Assembly: GCA_040954595.2 (NCBI GenBank) | Contig: JBECUI020000029.1 | Location: forward strand, 289,333 to 353,332 | Direction of reading: 5' to 3' | Length of the DNA stretch: 64,000 nucleotides | Source: Balanoglossus misakiensis | Taxonomy: Eukaryota > Animalia > Hemichordata | Shown: piece after piece, positions 32,435 to 47,200 of the stretch | How the letters are laid out: each line of letters opens with the position of its first letter | Position numbering within the stretch: the stretch's first letter is position 1 | Translations under genes and position numbers: made by a program | The notes under the pieces: model-generated | The model's database searches: none | Told to the model about the DNA's origin: nothing | Seen by the model: only the letters and a program-made list of their open reading frames with translations

Positions 32435-33568
32435 ATGGAACAAACGAACGAACGACTTCACGTTCGGAAAAAAAATCGTTGCGAGCTGTTGGGTGCATGC
32501 CTCTATAGTTGTCGGCAACCGTTCTTTTTTATTGCTAAACAATGCTGTCAGAGCATGGAAGGTGTGGTGGAAAACGAACAGAGGTTTTGTACGACCAACG
32601 ATTGGATGGTGCTACATATGGACTTCCACAAGTCATTGCCGGTTCCTAAACTCAGCTCTGAAGACTTTTACTTTAAATCGAAATTGCAAATGAAGCTCCT
32701 TGGAATTTACAACGGGACAACGGAAAAGATGCATTGTTATGTATGGACAGAGCTCGATAGCAGAAAGTCTCCCGATGAAGTTATTACCTGTCTAAATCAC
32801 TTTTTTTATAACTCGGGTGTGACCAGCAGACATGCAGTTATTTACAGCGACAACTGCCGTGCCGAATTCAAGTGTGGGAAGTTAATGTTTTACTATGACT
32901 ATCTGTTACGAAAGGGCGTGTTTCGACGAATTGACTATAAAACTCTTGTGGCTGGACACACGTACTCCACCTGTGACCGAGTTTTTGCGTCCATTGAAAG
33001 GCATGCAAGTCGTTTCCAGAGTATAGAGACACCTCACGATTGGACATCTGTGATTCGAGGATCTTCTCTGAATGGGAACATTGGAGTTACGGAGATGACT
33101 CACAGAGACTTTTTCAATTATTCTGATTTCCTGAAAAATGAGTACGTTGTGCGTTATGCAGATACAAACAATGTAACTTTTTACTACCAAGCCATGCACT
33201 ATTTTAATTTTGGAGAAGGAGAAAGGCTTGATACCGACGGCAACCTCAGAACATTTAGTCATGCAGATAAAGTTTGGGTGAGAACATCTCTAGATCCAAG
33301 CGAGACCCCGATTGTAGTCGACTTTAGAAAGAAGAAGCAGAACCGGCGTTTACAAGATTGTACGCTGAACAAACTTTATCAGGAACGTCGACCACTGGCG
33401 AGCAAAGTTTGGCGGGATCTTCAGAGTTTAGCCAAAAATTACCTGTCTCCGGAGGCAATAGAATTTTATAGGAATCTACCGCTTCAGGAGAGTAGTGGCA
33501 CCTCTGCAGACCCGTACGCCTTTCATGATGATGACGACGACGATGATGATGATATGGGCGGTGGTTGA
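32435..33568 (+). CDS. Transposase catalytic half, copy 2
   Basis: Translation identical to 13691-14824. Confidence 0.85.
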   Translation: MEQTNERLHVRKKNRCELLGACLYSCRQPFFFIAKQCCQSMEGVVENEQRFCTTNDWMVLHMDFHKSLPVPKLSSEDFYFKSKLQMKLLGIYNGTTEKMHCYVWTELDSRKSPDEVITCLNHFFYNSGVTSRHAVIYSDNCRAEFKCGKLMFYYDYLLRKGVFRRIDYKTLVAGHTYSTCDRVFASIERHASRFQSIETPHDWTSVIRGSSLNGNIGVTEMTHRDFFNYSDFLKNEYVVRYADTNNVTFYYQAMHYFNFGEGERLDTDGNLRTFSHADKVWVRTSLDPSETPIVVDFRKKKQNRRLQDCTLNKLYQERRPLASKVWRDLQSLAKNYLSPEAIEFYRNLPLQESSGTSADPYAFHDDDDDDDDDMGGG

Positions 33569-34067
33569 ATAAACTGTCCTTTTCATGACGACAGTGATTT
33601 TGGATATTTGATGTGCGTGCACAGTTTATATGTAATATTTTCACACGAACGAGTTTTGACTGAATTTGATTAAAGAATGTACTCGATAATTAACAAATGT
33701 GCTGAATCGTGGTTATTATGTTGTTAATTTTTGTTTGTTTGTTTGTTTGTTTGTTTGTTTGTTTGTTTGTAAACAATTTCCGTTCATTCAACTGGCTACA
33801 AAGTTGGATTTTTGTACTGGGAAGCGATAAACTCGCACATCAAAACCGGGGAGACTCGATCATTTTTCCCTGCAGGTAGCCTGAAAAGCACCCGGGCAGA
33901 GATTACGTCATATATGGTCCACTTTAATACGAAATTATGCAAATGTGACATTTCACGGAAACGGCGTATATAAAAGCGACCCTGGGCTATTGTTCGGAAT
34001 GCGTCATCGACGAGAGAGTGACTGATAATTCTTCTACCTCGAGTCAACCATTCTGTATATACTGAAC

Positions 34068-35405
34068 ATGGCTAGCTGGCGCAGGAAGAGACAAGGCAAT
34101 GTGCGGTCTGTAATCAACGAACGGCACCGCTCAGTTCAGTGTCCCTTTCTTCAAAAGTGGATCGGTGAGCAATTGGTATTTTCAGGTCGTTCAGAGGATG
34201 AAGTCCAGTCCAGTACTGTATTTGAGAGCTACAAATGTTGGGTTGAAAACTATTCGTCGGCGGACAATCAAGTAATGATTATGGTTACTAAAGCTCGATT
34301 TTTCAAGGTGAGAATGATCGCATTTTTCTTTCCCCCCCCCCCCCTCCCTCCCTCCCTCCCCCAAGGGACTCGTTTTCTGTCTCTTTTAAACCTGTAACTT
34401 AACGAAAAGGAAGTTTTTCACATATCTCTTCGTTGACACTATAGCAATTTGGAGCGCGGATGCTTCAAGAGAAGAGCGTTACCAAATCAAAGTCGGCCGG
34501 GGTTAATATTTATAGAGGTGTTCGTCTGAAAGCTGGTTCGCGAAGAATCTCAACGGGGAAACCTGAGCACAGTGTACTTCAGACCAGGGCAAGGGCATTT
34601 CTTGATGACGCCAGCGTGACCGTTCCGATCGAGGTAAGAATGGTGTTTTGTTTGGACTAGGACAATAGAACGTTGCAATGAGTGTGTCAATGGGTGTCCA
34701 AGTGCAAACGTGGTCTGCTTCTGTCCACAAATGCCATTAATTTTTGGCAGGATTTATAAAATTGTCAATGAAGAATACAAAAATGAAAAACAACAGTTAA
34801 TAGCAAACTGGTAGGATTGCAAGGGCTTGTAAAACGGTACACACTGTACCAGGAAGTTTGCAACACTAATGAAGAATGTATATGATATATTTAGGTGAGA
34901 ACTGTTCGCGATCGCCGGGACGCAGGACGGTGCGCGTTTTCGACGAGGGATATTCAAGCCTGGGACGTCGTCTGCGAATACCGGGGCACGGTTATTAGCG
35001 TTGAAGAAGCTAGTCGGCGTGATGAGCTTTACAGGGCAGAGGGGAAACGACCACGCATGTTCCATCTCTACATTGGAAAGAGACACGTTGTGTGAGTGTA
35101 TCACTTAGTCGAATATATGGTCATATATTGCAAAGCATCTGTCGAAATAGAAAACGTAATATTGTCTATATTTTCCTCATTAACGCAGCATTGACGGATA
35201 CGATGTCCCAGCCGGTGAAGAAAATTTAGCAGGCCTAATAAATCACAGTCAGCAGAACGCCAACTTGGTACCGGTTCGGATCGGAGAGCGCCTGGTTTTC
35301 TTTGCAACCAGGAATCTTTGTCAGGGAGTAGAGCTTTTGTATGATTACGGTGACGGGGGTGAAGAGGATTTCTTCAGTGGTTCTCAAACTTTTCCTGAAA
35401 ATTAA
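34068..35405 (+). CDS. Spliced SET-domain protein, copy 2; exons 34068-34307, 34445-34633, 34895-35091, 35189-35405
   Basis: Same exons and splice sites as copy 1; intron 1 is 3 bp shorter in its poly-C tract. Confidence 0.9.
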
Positions 35406-36308
35406 GGCATTAACACATCAACGCTTCGGGGTGTCGTAACGGCGGCGCGGCGGGGGGGGGGGGGACGTGAAAATGTTTGTATCAGGAACAAAATTCCCGT
35501 GCAAATCACCTTGATCCGGGTGGGTGGACTATTCGCGACAAATGTTGAAATCATACAAAGCATTTTACTTAATTAACCCATTTTTTTCATTTATTTGTTT
35601 ACAGTTTACAACGTCATAGAGAAGTTGAACTAGAGACTGGATCAGCGTGGGTGACACCATAGTACACCAATGTTTTCTTCAGTTTGATTCAATTGTAATT
35701 TAAAACTGAGATTGCCTAACGCTTTCCCAGATTTTTTTAACCACTGAGAAACTGTGGGTTTTTTTCTGGGTTTTGGTGCGAGGTGATCTCAGTCAGTGGT
35801 GTTAATTTAATTAATCATTTTCTTTTCCTATTTACGTCGACTGAAATGTATTTTGATAGGTGATAGTCATACCATAAAAAAAATCTTACGGCGCGACTGC
35901 CAAAATGTACATTTATTTGTCCGTTCCAAGTTATTTTGTGTATGTGTGATGGGTGCCGGTGACTGTGCAGGGTTGATTTCCCTAGAGCGACTGTTATATT
36001 CGTTTTCCAACGATGATGAATTTACATGTTATTTGCTTGGCATTTTGACGCAGAGACACTTCTGAAAACACAAACCTATTAATTATGCCACGGGTGTAAA
36101 TTGATCACATTAAAAGAGGCTTTAGACGTTTGCCGCGAGCTCCTGGTGGGCAGAATCTTGTCAGCCCAAATTTGACTATAAGTACATAGCCAATGATGTG
36201 ACGCTCTCCCACATCCTTCGCCGCGCCTTTTCGCTGATTTACAGCATCTTGCGTAAACACTGTCATTTGATCTTGCTTGGCAGAAGTCAACTTGCTCTAT
36301 ACTACATT

Positions 36309-36674
36309 ATGGCGGCCAAGCTCAACTGCATATCAGATAATGCCAAGGAGCGTTTGAGAGGCATCCTCGCCAGAAGGAGTCGCGTTTCCGGTGACTGTGT
36401 GCTCTGGACGGGTGCAGCTTGTCGAAACGGCTATGGCTCTATTACGTTCAGAGATGAGAACACTCTAACCGCCTATGTCCATCACATTGCACTCCTAATT
36501 AACGGAGTGCAATTGGTGGGCAGGCGGTTAGAGTGTTCTCATCTTTGCAACGAAAAGCTATGCATCCGCCCAGAGCACATTGTCCAGGAAACGCGACTCC
36601 TAAACATTTCACGAAAGACGTGCTTTAAATCCCCAAAAGGGGAGTGTCACCACGATCCCAGGTGCCTAAGGTGA
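36309..36674 (+). CDS. His-Cys box / His-Me finger endonuclease, copy 2
   Basis: Translation identical to copy 1. Confidence 0.85.
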   Translation: MAAKLNCISDNAKERLRGILARRSRVSGDCVLWTGAACRNGYGSITFRDENTLTAYVHHIALLINGVQLVGRRLECSHLCNEKLCIRPEHIVQETRLLNISRKTCFKSPKGECHHDPRCLR

Positions 36675-37583
36675 GTAATCCTCTTCTCATTTGATATGTA
36701 TTGTGTGACCCTGCAGTTGAAACGCTTTCATCAATAATTTGCGGCGCGTGGGTAATCTCGGTGTTATTGACAATGCAGCCGGCCCAAACATTTTTAAATT
36801 AACACTGTTTCTGACTGTATTAACGAAATGTCCAATTTGCAAGTAGCCTATAGACAACCCTTTTGAATGAGTTTTGTCTCGTTGAGATTTTATACATAAG
36901 GAACAATCTAGATTTATTTTAGAAGACACTGTTCTTTTAAAACAGCTAGCATAATACAGCTAAATTTCGGAATTTCCGGACAATTTTCGGAATTCCTTTT
37001 AAATTTGAGAAATTTTTCATCAGATATAAGTGTTACTATTTATTGGACATGTTTTTATCATTGTTTACTTTTTAAGGTCATTCTCACCCCCCCCCCCCCC
37101 AAAAAAAGCCGCTTTAGGCTTCATGTTCAGTAAAAAATCTGGAAAGTTCAGCTGAATTTTACACTGATCACACATTTTTGGGAAGGTCTGGCGCAAAATA
37201 AAGGATGACAAATGTAAATCTAATGTCACATTTGTAAACCTCTAAGTATTGTACACTCATTCTATTAAGTATATGCAAATAGTACGGATAATTTTTTCGG
37301 AATGTGGAATTCCGAAATTAGTTCGGAACGTGTTAGCAGTGAAGAGATCACCACTGAGGGTTGGAAGGCCTTGCCAGAAATTAACGCGTAAAGTACGCCC
37401 TCACAGGCCATGTAAACAAGGTCAAATAAGGCCGTCTGGCAAACGAATGATTAATTCAACGCGCCATTTGAGCCGAGCTGAGTTGGTCTGAGTTGCGTAT
37501 CACACAGACTTAGGCTGAATGTCAGTGGAGTAACCAGTCCGTTTTAGATTTACCAATGATGTGAATTTAATTTCTTCACCCAG

Positions 37584-37989
37584 AAAAACAGAACACAACT
37601 TGTCTGCAACATGATGCTGGAGGTGACACATGACAGAGAAGTGGATCCGCGTTGTCAACACAGATGCCAGCATTCAAAAGGGGAGTGCCACCTGCTAAAA
37701 TCAACTCATCTGCTGTTGGCCCATTTTACCTGTGGCAACTGTTCAGAGGAGACAACGTTTATTCCGTGCAAGCCAACACGCAATGTTGGGGTCTACCTGT
37801 CAACACAGATGCAAGCATTCATGTGAGTGAGTATCAGGACTGACCTTGTATTTGCTGAATAATTCATAATGCCTATTTTAGAATTCTTAGAGGCATTTGG
37901 AGTTCATTGCCTGGTCAACCAAACTACACCCCTTAACAGCTGAAACAAAATGCGTATTGTGTTCATTCATTCATTGCATCAATATATAT
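37584..37989 (+). other. Diverged homolog of the satellite monomer, copy 2
   Basis: Same as 18845-19250, offset 18739. Confidence 0.85.
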
Positions 37990-38294
37990 AGGCAACATGA
38001 GTATCAAGTAGCACTATTTGTTTACGATTGTATTCATGAAAACTTCCCACTAACAATTCCACAGTTAATATTGAACACATTTATCCAACAAGGTCAAAAG
38101 AAAAAGGGAATCTTCTGGTTCCAAAATACGCCACAAATGTGGGTCAACATACAGTGAAATATTATGGTGCTCAAATATGCAACATATCAAATCTGTCTCA
38201 TCAAAGTCATGCTTTAAAAAAGAATTGAAAAGGTATTATTTATCCATTTGACTGCTGTATTTTCAGAAGGAAAACAAACTGAATTTGGTTTTTC

Positions 38295-41200
38295 AAGTAC
38301 CTTATATTTTCTGTAAAATAGACATTTAATTGGCAAGCCGTCCTGCATCAATTATTAATTGTGTACATGCACTAAAGCGCCCTCACTGCTGGGTGTGTTG
38401 TATGGTCTTTAACCCTGTTTCAAATTAGAGTACTTTCTGCAATTTCAAGACAGATCTTACGTGCCATTGGAGAGCTCCATTGACTGGTCATTCATACTGT
38501 TTTCATTCATTCATTGCGGCATCAATATATTTTATCTATTCTAGCCAAAGAGCTTGGCACCTGTTGAAATGAACTCATCTGCTGTGGGCCAGTTTATTGG
38601 TGGCAGTTGAGCTGAGGAGAGCACCTTCCTTCCCGGCACGCCACCAAGTAAAGTTCCACGCCGCCCACCACAGATGCCAGCATTCATTCATGCGAGTGAG
38701 TGTAATTGCAAATTTGCCTATTCTAGATCTGTAATGGAAATGGAGAAAGTACCTTATATTTTCTGTAAAATAGACATTTAATTGGCAAGCCGTCCTGCAT
38801 CAATTATTAATTGTGTACATGCACTAAAGCGCCCTCACTGCTGGGTGTGTTGTATGGTCTTTAACCCTGTTTCAAATTAGAGTACTTTCTGCAATTTCAA
38901 GACAGATCTTACGTGCCATTGGAGAGCTCCATTGACTGGTCATTCATACTGTTTTCATTCATTCATTGCGGCATCAATATATTTTATCTATTCTAGCCAA
39001 AGAGCTTGGCACCTGTTGAAATGAACTCATCTGCTGTGGGCCAGTTTATTGGTGGCAGTTGAGCTGAGGAGAGCACCTTCCTTCCCGGCACGCCACCAAG
39101 TAAAGTTCCACGCCGCCCACCACAGATGCCAGCATTCATTCATGCGAGTGAGTGTAATTGCAAATTTGCCTATTCTAGATCTGTAATGGAAATGGAGAAA
39201 GTACCTTATATTTTCTGTAAAATAGACATTTAATTGGCAAGCCGTCCTGCATCAATTATTAATTGTGTACATGCACTAAAGCGCCCTCACTGCTGGGTGT
39301 GTTGTATGGTCTTTAACCCTGTTTCAAATTAGAGTACTTTCTGCAATTTCAAGACAGATCTTACGTGCCATTGGAGAGCTCCATTGACTGGTCATTCATA
39401 CTGTTTTCATTCATTCATTGCGGCATCAATATATTTTATCTATTCTAGCCAAAGAGCTTGGCACCTGTTGAAATGAACTCATCTGCTGTGGGCCAGTTTA
39501 TTGGTGGCAGTTGAGCTGAGGAGAGCACCTTCCTTCCCGGCACGCCACCAAGTAAAGTTCCACGCCGCCCACCACAGATGCCAGCATTCATTCATGCGAG
39601 TGAGTGTAATTGCAAATTTGCCTATTCTAGATCTGTAATGGAAATGGAGAAAGTACCTTATATTTTCTGTAAAATAGACATTTAATTGGCAAGCCGTCCT
39701 GCATCAATTATTAATTGTGTACATGCACTAAAGCGCCCTCACTGCTGGGTGTGTTGTATGGTCTTTAACCCTGTTTCAAATTAGAGTACTTTCTGCAATT
39801 TCAAGACAGATCTTACGTGCCATTGGAGAGCTCCATTGACTGGTCATTCATACTGTTTTCATTCATTCATTGCGGCATCAATATATTTTATCTATTCTAG
39901 CCAAAGAGCTTGGCACCTGTTGAAATGAACTCATCTGCTGTGGGCCAGTTTATTGGTGGCAGTTGAGCTGAGGAGAGCACCTTCCTTCCCGGCACGCCAC
40001 CAAGTAAAGTTCCACGCCGCCCACCACAGATGCCAGCATTCATTCATGCGAGTGAGTGTAATTGCAAATTTGCCTATTCTAGATTCTTACGTGCCATTGG
40101 AGAGCTCCATTGACTGGTCATTCATACTGTTTTCATTCATTCATTGCGGCATCAATATATTTTATCTATTCTAGCCAAAGAGCTTGGCACCTGTTGAAAT
40201 GAACTCATCTGCTGTGGGCCAGTTTATTGGTGGCAGTTGAGCTGAGCAGAGCACCTTCCTTCCCGGCACGCCACCAAGTAAAGTTCCACGCCGCCCACCA
40301 CAGATGCCAGCATTCATTCATGCGAGTGAGTGTAATTGCAAATTTGCCTATTCTAGAATCTTACGTGCCATTGGAGAGCTCCATTGACTGGTCATTCATA
40401 CTGTTTTCATTCATTCATTGCGGCATCAATATATTTTATCTATTCTAGCCAAAGAGCTTGGCACCTGTTGAAATGAACTCATCTGCTGTGGGCCAGTTTA
40501 TTGGTGGCAGTTGAGCTGAGGAGAGCACCTTCCTTCCCGGCACGCCACCAAGTAAAGTTCCACGCCGCCCACCACAGATGCCAGCATTCATTCATGCGAG
40601 TGAGTGTAATTGCAAATTTGCCTATTCTAGATCTGTAATGGAAATGGAGAAAGTACCTTATATTTTCTGTAAAATAGACATTTAATTGGCAAGCCGTCCT
40701 GCATCAATTATTAATTGTGTACATGCACTAAAGCGCCCTCACTGCTGGGTGTGTTGTATGGTCTTTAACCCTGTTTCAAATTAGAGTACTTTCTGCAATT
40801 TCAAGACAGATCTTACGTGCCATTGGAGAGCTCCATTGACTGGTCATTCATACTGTTTTCATTCATTCATTGCGGCATCAATATATTTTATCTATTCTAG
40901 CCAAAGAGCTTGGCACCTGTTGAAATGAACTCATCTGCTGTGGGCCAGTTTATTGGTGGCAGTTGAGCTGAGGAGAGCACCTTCCTTCCCGGCACGCCAC
41001 CAAGTAAAGTTCCACGCCGCCCACCACAGATGCCAGCATTCATTCATGCGAGTGAGTGTAATTGCAAATTTGCCTATTCTAGATCTGTAATGGAAATGGA
41101 GAAAGTACCTTATATTTTCTGTAAAATAGACATTTAATTGGCAAGCCGTCCTGCATCAATTATTAATTGTGTACATGCACTAAAGCGCCCTCACTGCTGG

Positions 41201-44200
41201 GTGTGTTGTATGGTCTTTAACCCTGTTTCAAATTAGAGTACTTTCTGCAATTTCAAGACAGATCTTACGTGCCATTGGAGAGCTCCATTGACTGGTCATT
41301 CATACTGTTTTCATTCATTCATTGCGGCATCAATATATTTTATCTATTCTAGCCAAAGAGCTTGGCACCTGTTGAAATGAACTCATCTGCTGTGGGCCAG
41401 TTTATTGGTGGCAGTTGAGCTGAGGAGAGCACCTTCCTTCCCGGCACGCCACCAAGTAAAGTTCCACGCCGCCCACCACAGATGCCAGCATTCATTCATG
41501 CGAGTGAGTGTAATTGCAAATTTGCCTATTCTAGATCTGTAATGGAAATGGAGAAAGTACCTTATATTTTCTGTAAAATAGACATTTAATTGGCAAGCCG
41601 TCCTGCATCAATTATTAATTGTGTACATGCACTAAAGCGCCCTCACTGCTGGGTGTGTTGTATGGTCTTTAACCCTGTTTCAAATTAGAGTACTTTCTGC
41701 AATTTCAAGACAGATCTTACGTGCCATTGGAGAGCTCCATTGACTGGTCATTCATACTGTTTTCATTCATTCATTGCGGCATCAATATATTTTATCTATT
41801 CTAGCCAAAGAGCTTGGCACCTGTTGAAATGAACTCATCTGCTGTGGGCCAGTTTATTGGTGGCAGTTGAGCTGAGGAGAGCACCTTCCTTCCCGGCACG
41901 CCACCAAGTAAAGTTCCACGCCGCCCACCACAGATGCCAGCATTCATTCATGCGAGTGAGTGTAATTGCAAATTTGCCTATTCTAGATCTGTAATGGAAA
42001 TGGAGAAAGTACCTTATATTTTCTGTAAAATAGACATTTAATTGGCAAGCCGTCCTGCATCAATTATTAATTGTGTACATGCACTAAAGCGCCCTCACTG
42101 CTGGGTGTGTTGTATGGTCTTTAACCCTGTTTCAAATTAGAGTACTTTCTGCAATTTCAAGACAGATCTTACGTGCCATTGGAGAGCTCCATTGACTGGT
42201 CATTCATACTGTTTTCATTCATTCATTGCGGCATCAATATATTTTATCTATTCTAGCCAAAGAGCTTGGCACCTGTTGAAATGAACTCATCTGCTGTGGG
42301 CCAGTTTATTGGTGGCAGTTGAGCTGAGGAGAGCACCTTCCTTCCCGGCACGCCACCAAGTAAAGTTCCACGCCGCCCACCACAGATGCCAGCATTCATT
42401 CATGCGAGTGAGTGTAATTGCAAATTTGCCTATTCTAGATCTGTAATGGAAATGGAGAAAGTACCTTATATTTTCTGTAAAATAGACATTTAATTGGCAA
42501 GCCGTCCTGCATCAATTATTAATTGTGTACATGCACTAAAGCGCCCTCACTGCTGGGTGTGTTGTATGGTCTTTAACCCTGTTTCAAATTAGAGTACTTT
42601 CTGCAATTTCAAGACAGATCTTACGTGCCATTGGAGAGCTCCATTGACTGGTCATTCATACTGTTTTCATTCATTCATTGCGGCATCAATATATTTTATC
42701 TATTCTAGCCAAAGAGCTTGGCACCTGTTGAAATGAACTCATCTGCTGTGGGCCAGTTTATTGGTGGCAGTTGAGCTGAGGAGAGCACCTTCCTTCCCGG
42801 CACGCCACCAAGTAAAGTTCCACGCCGCCCACCACAGATGCCAGCATTCATTCATGCGAGTGAGTGTAATTGCAAATTTGCCTATTCTAGATCTGTAATG
42901 GAAATGGAGAAAGTACCTTATATTTTCTGTAAAATAGACATTTAATTGGCAAGCCGTCCTGCATCAATTATTAATTGTGTACATGCACTAAAGCGCCCTC
43001 ACTGCTGGGTGTGTTGTATGGTCTTTAACCCTGTTTCAAATTAGAGTACTTTCTGCAATTTCAAGACAGATCTTACGTGCCATTGGAGAGCTCCATTGAC
43101 TGGTCATTCATACTGTTTTCATTCATTCATTGCGGCATCAATATATTTTATCTATTCTAGCCAAAGAGCTTGGCACCTGTTGAAATGAACTCATCTGCTG
43201 TGGGCCAGTTTATTGGTGGCAGTTGAGCTGAGGAGAGCACCTTCTTTCCCGGCACGCCACCAAGTAAAGTTCCACGCCGCCCACCACAGATGCCAGCATT
43301 CATTCATGCGAGTGAGTGTAATTGCAAATTTGCCTATTTACGTGCCATTGGAGAGCTCCATTGACTGGTCATTCATACTGTTTTCATTCATTCATTGCGG
43401 CATCAATATATTTTATCTATTCTAGCCAAAGAGCTTGGCACCTGTTGAAATGAACTCATCTGCTGTGGGCCAGTTTATTGGTGGCAGTTGAGCTGAGGAG
43501 AGCACCTTCCTTCCCGGCACGCCACCAAGTAAAGTTCCACGCCGCCCACCACAGATGCCAGCATTCATTCATGCGAGTGAGTGTAATTGCAAATTTGCCT
43601 ATTCTAGATCTGTAATGGAAATGGAGAAAGTACCTTATATTTTCTGTAAAATAGACATTTAATTGGCAAGCCGTCCTGCATCAATTATTAATTGTGTACA
43701 TGCACTAAAGCGCCCTCACTGCTGGGTGTGTTGTATGGTCTTTAACCCTGTTTCAAATTAGAGTACTTTCTGCAATTTCAAGACAGATCTTACGTGCCAT
43801 TGGAGAGCTCCATTGACTGGTCATTCATACTGTTTTCATTCATTCATTGCGGCATCAATATATTTTATCTATTCTAGCCAAAGAGCTTGGCACCTGTTGA
43901 AATGAACTCATCTGCTGTGGGCCAGTTTATTGGTGGCAGTTGAGCTGAGGAGAGCACCTTCCTTCCCGGCACGCCACCAAGTAAAGTTCCACGCCGCCCA
44001 CCACAGATGCCAGCATTCATTCATGCGAGTGAGTGTAATTGCAAATTTGCCTATTCTAGAATTCTTACGTGCCATTGGAGAGCTCCATTGACTGGTCATT
44101 CATACTGTTTTCATTCATTCATTGCGGCATCAATATATTTTATCTATTCTAGCCAAAGAGCTTGGCACCTGTTGAAATGAACTCATCTGCTGTGGGCCAG

Positions 44201-47200
44201 TTTATTGGTGGCAGTTGAGCTGAGGAGAGCACCTTCCTTCCCGGCACGCCACCAAGTAAAGTTCCACGCCGCCCACCACAGATGCCAGCATTCATTCATG
44301 CGAGTGAGTGTAATTGCAAATTTGCCTATTCTAGATCTGTAATGGAAATGGAGAAAGTACCTTATATTTTCTGTAAAATAGACATTTAATTGGCAAGCCG
44401 TCCTGCATCAATTATTAATTGTGTACATGCACTAAAGCGCCCTCACTGCTGGGTGTGTTGTATGGTCTTTAACCCTGTTTCAAATTAGAGTACTTTCTGC
44501 AATTTCAAGACAGATCTTACGTGCCATTGGAGAGCTCCATTGACTGGTCATTCATACTGTTTTCATTCATTCATTGCGGCATCAATATATTTTATCTATT
44601 CTAGCCAAAGAGCTTGGCACCTGTTGAAATGAACTCATCTGCTGTGGGCCAGTTTATTGGTGGCAGTTGAGCTGAGGAGAGCACCTTCTTTCCCGGCACG
44701 CCACCAAGTAAAGTTCCACGCCGCCCACCACAGATGCCAGCATTCATTCATGCGAGTGAGTGTAATTGCAAATTTGCCTATTCTAGAATCTTACGTGCCA
44801 TTGGAGAGCTCCATTGACTGGTCATTCATACTGTTTTCATTCATTCATTGCGGCATCAATATATTTTATCTATTCTAGCCAAAGAGCTTGGCACCTGTTG
44901 AAATGAACTCATCTGCTGTGGGCCAGTTTATTGGTGGCAGTTGAGCTGAGGAGAGCACCTTCTTTCCCGGCACGCCACCAAGTAAAGTTCCACGCCGCCC
45001 ACCACAGATGCCAGCATTCATTCATGCGAGTGAGTGTAATTGCAAATTTGCCTATTTACGTGCCATTGGAGAGCTCCATTGACTGGTCATTCATACTGTT
45101 TTCATTCATTCATTGCGGCATCAATATATTTTATCTATTCTAGCCAAAGAGCTTGGCACCTGTTGAAATGAACTCATCTGCTGTGGGCCAGTTTATTGGT
45201 GGCAGTTGAGCTGAGGAGAGCACCTTCCTTCCCGGCACGCCACCAAGTAAAGTTCCACGCCGCCCACCACAGATGCCAGCATTCATTCATGCGAGTGAGT
45301 GTAATTGCAAATTTGCCTATTCTAGATCTGTAATGGAAATGGAGAAAGTACCTTATATTTTCTGTAAAATAGACATTTAATTGGCAAGCCGTCCTGCATC
45401 AATTATTAATTGTGTACATGCACTAAAGCGCCCTCACTGCTGGGTGTGTTGTATGGTCTTTAACCCTGTTTCAAATTAGAGTACTTTCTGCAATTTCAAG
45501 ACAGATCTTACGTGCCATTGGAGAGCTCCATTGACTGGTCATTCATACTGTTTTCATTCATTCATTGCGGCATCAATATATTTTATCTATTCTAGCCAAA
45601 GAGCTTGGCACCTGTTGAAATGAACTCATCTGCTGTGGGCCAGTTTATTGGTGGCAGTTGAGCTGAGGAGAGCACCTTCTTTCCCGGCACGCCACCAAGT
45701 AAAGTTCCACGCCGCCCACCACAGATGCCAGCATTCATTCATGCGAGTGAGTGTAATTGCAAATTTGCCTATTCTAGAATCTTACGTGCCATTGGAGAGC
45801 TCCATTGACTGGTCATTCATACTGTTTTCATTCATTCATTGCGGCATCAATATATTTTATCTATTCTAGCCAAAGAGCTTGGCACCTGTTGAAATGAACT
45901 CATCTGCTGTGGGCCAGTTTATTGGTGGCAGTTGAGCTGAGGAGAGCACCTTCTTTCCCGGCACGCCACCAAGTAAAGTTCCACGCCGCCCACCACAGAT
46001 GCCAGCATTCATTCATGCGAGTGAGTGTAATTGCAAATTTGCCTATTCTAGAATCTTACGTGCCATTGGAGAGCTCCATTGACTGGTCATTCATACTGTT
46101 TTCATTCATTCATTGCGGCATCAATATATTTTATCTATTCTAGCCAAAGAGCTTGGCACCTGTTGAAATGAACTCATCTGCTGTGGGCCAGTTTATTGGT
46201 GGCAGTTGAGCTGAGGAGAGCACCTTCCTTCCCGGCACGCCACCAAGTAAAGTTCCACGCCGCCCACCACAGATGCCAGCATTCATTCATGCGAGTGAGT
46301 GTAATTGCAAATTTGCCTATTCTAGAATCTTACGTGCCATTGGAGAGCTCCATTGACTGGTCATTCATACTGTTTTCATTCATTCATTGCGGCATCAATA
46401 TATTTTATCTATTCTAGCCAAAGAGCTTGGCACCTGTTGAAATGAACTCATCTGCTGTGGGCCAGTTTATTGGTGGCAGTTGAGCTGAGGAGAGCACCTT
46501 CCTTCCCGGCACGCCACCAAGTAAAGTTCCACGCCGCCCACCACAGATGCCAGCATTCATTCATGCGAGTGAGTGTAATTGCAAATTTGCCTATTCTAGA
46601 ATCTTACGTGCCATTGGAGAGCTCCATTGACTGGTCATTCATACTGTTTTCATTCATTCATTGCGGCATCAATATATTTTATCTATTCTAGCCGAAGAGC
46701 TTGGCACCTGTTGAAATGAACTCATCTGCTGTGGGCCAGTTTATTGGTGGCAGTTGAGCTGAGGAGAGCACCTTCCTTCCCGGCACGCCACCAAGTAAAG
46801 TTCCACGCCGCCCACCACAGATGCCAGCATTCATTCATGCGAGTGAGTGTAATTGCAAATTTGCCTATTCTAGATCTGTAATGGAAATGGAGAAAGTACC
46901 TTATATTTTCTGTAAAATAGACATTTAATTGGCAAGCCGTCCTGCATCAATTATTAATTGTGTACATGCACTAAAGCGCCCTCACTGCTGGGTGTGTTGT
47001 ATGGTCTTTAACCCTGTTTCAAATTAGAGTACTTTCTGCAATTTCAAGACAGATCTTACGTGCCATTGGAGAGCTCCATTGACTGGTCATTCATACTGTT
47101 TTCATTCATTCATTGCGGCATCAATATATTTTATCTATTCTAGCCAAAGAGCTTGGCACCTGTTGAAATGAACTCATCTGCTGTGGGCCAGTTTATTGGT

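Larger units (their letters stand above)
30142..38294. mobile_element. 8.2-kb gene cassette, copy 2
   Basis: Near-identical to copy 1 with the same junctions. Differences seen are a few SNPs and poly-C/poly-G lengths. Confidence 0.85.
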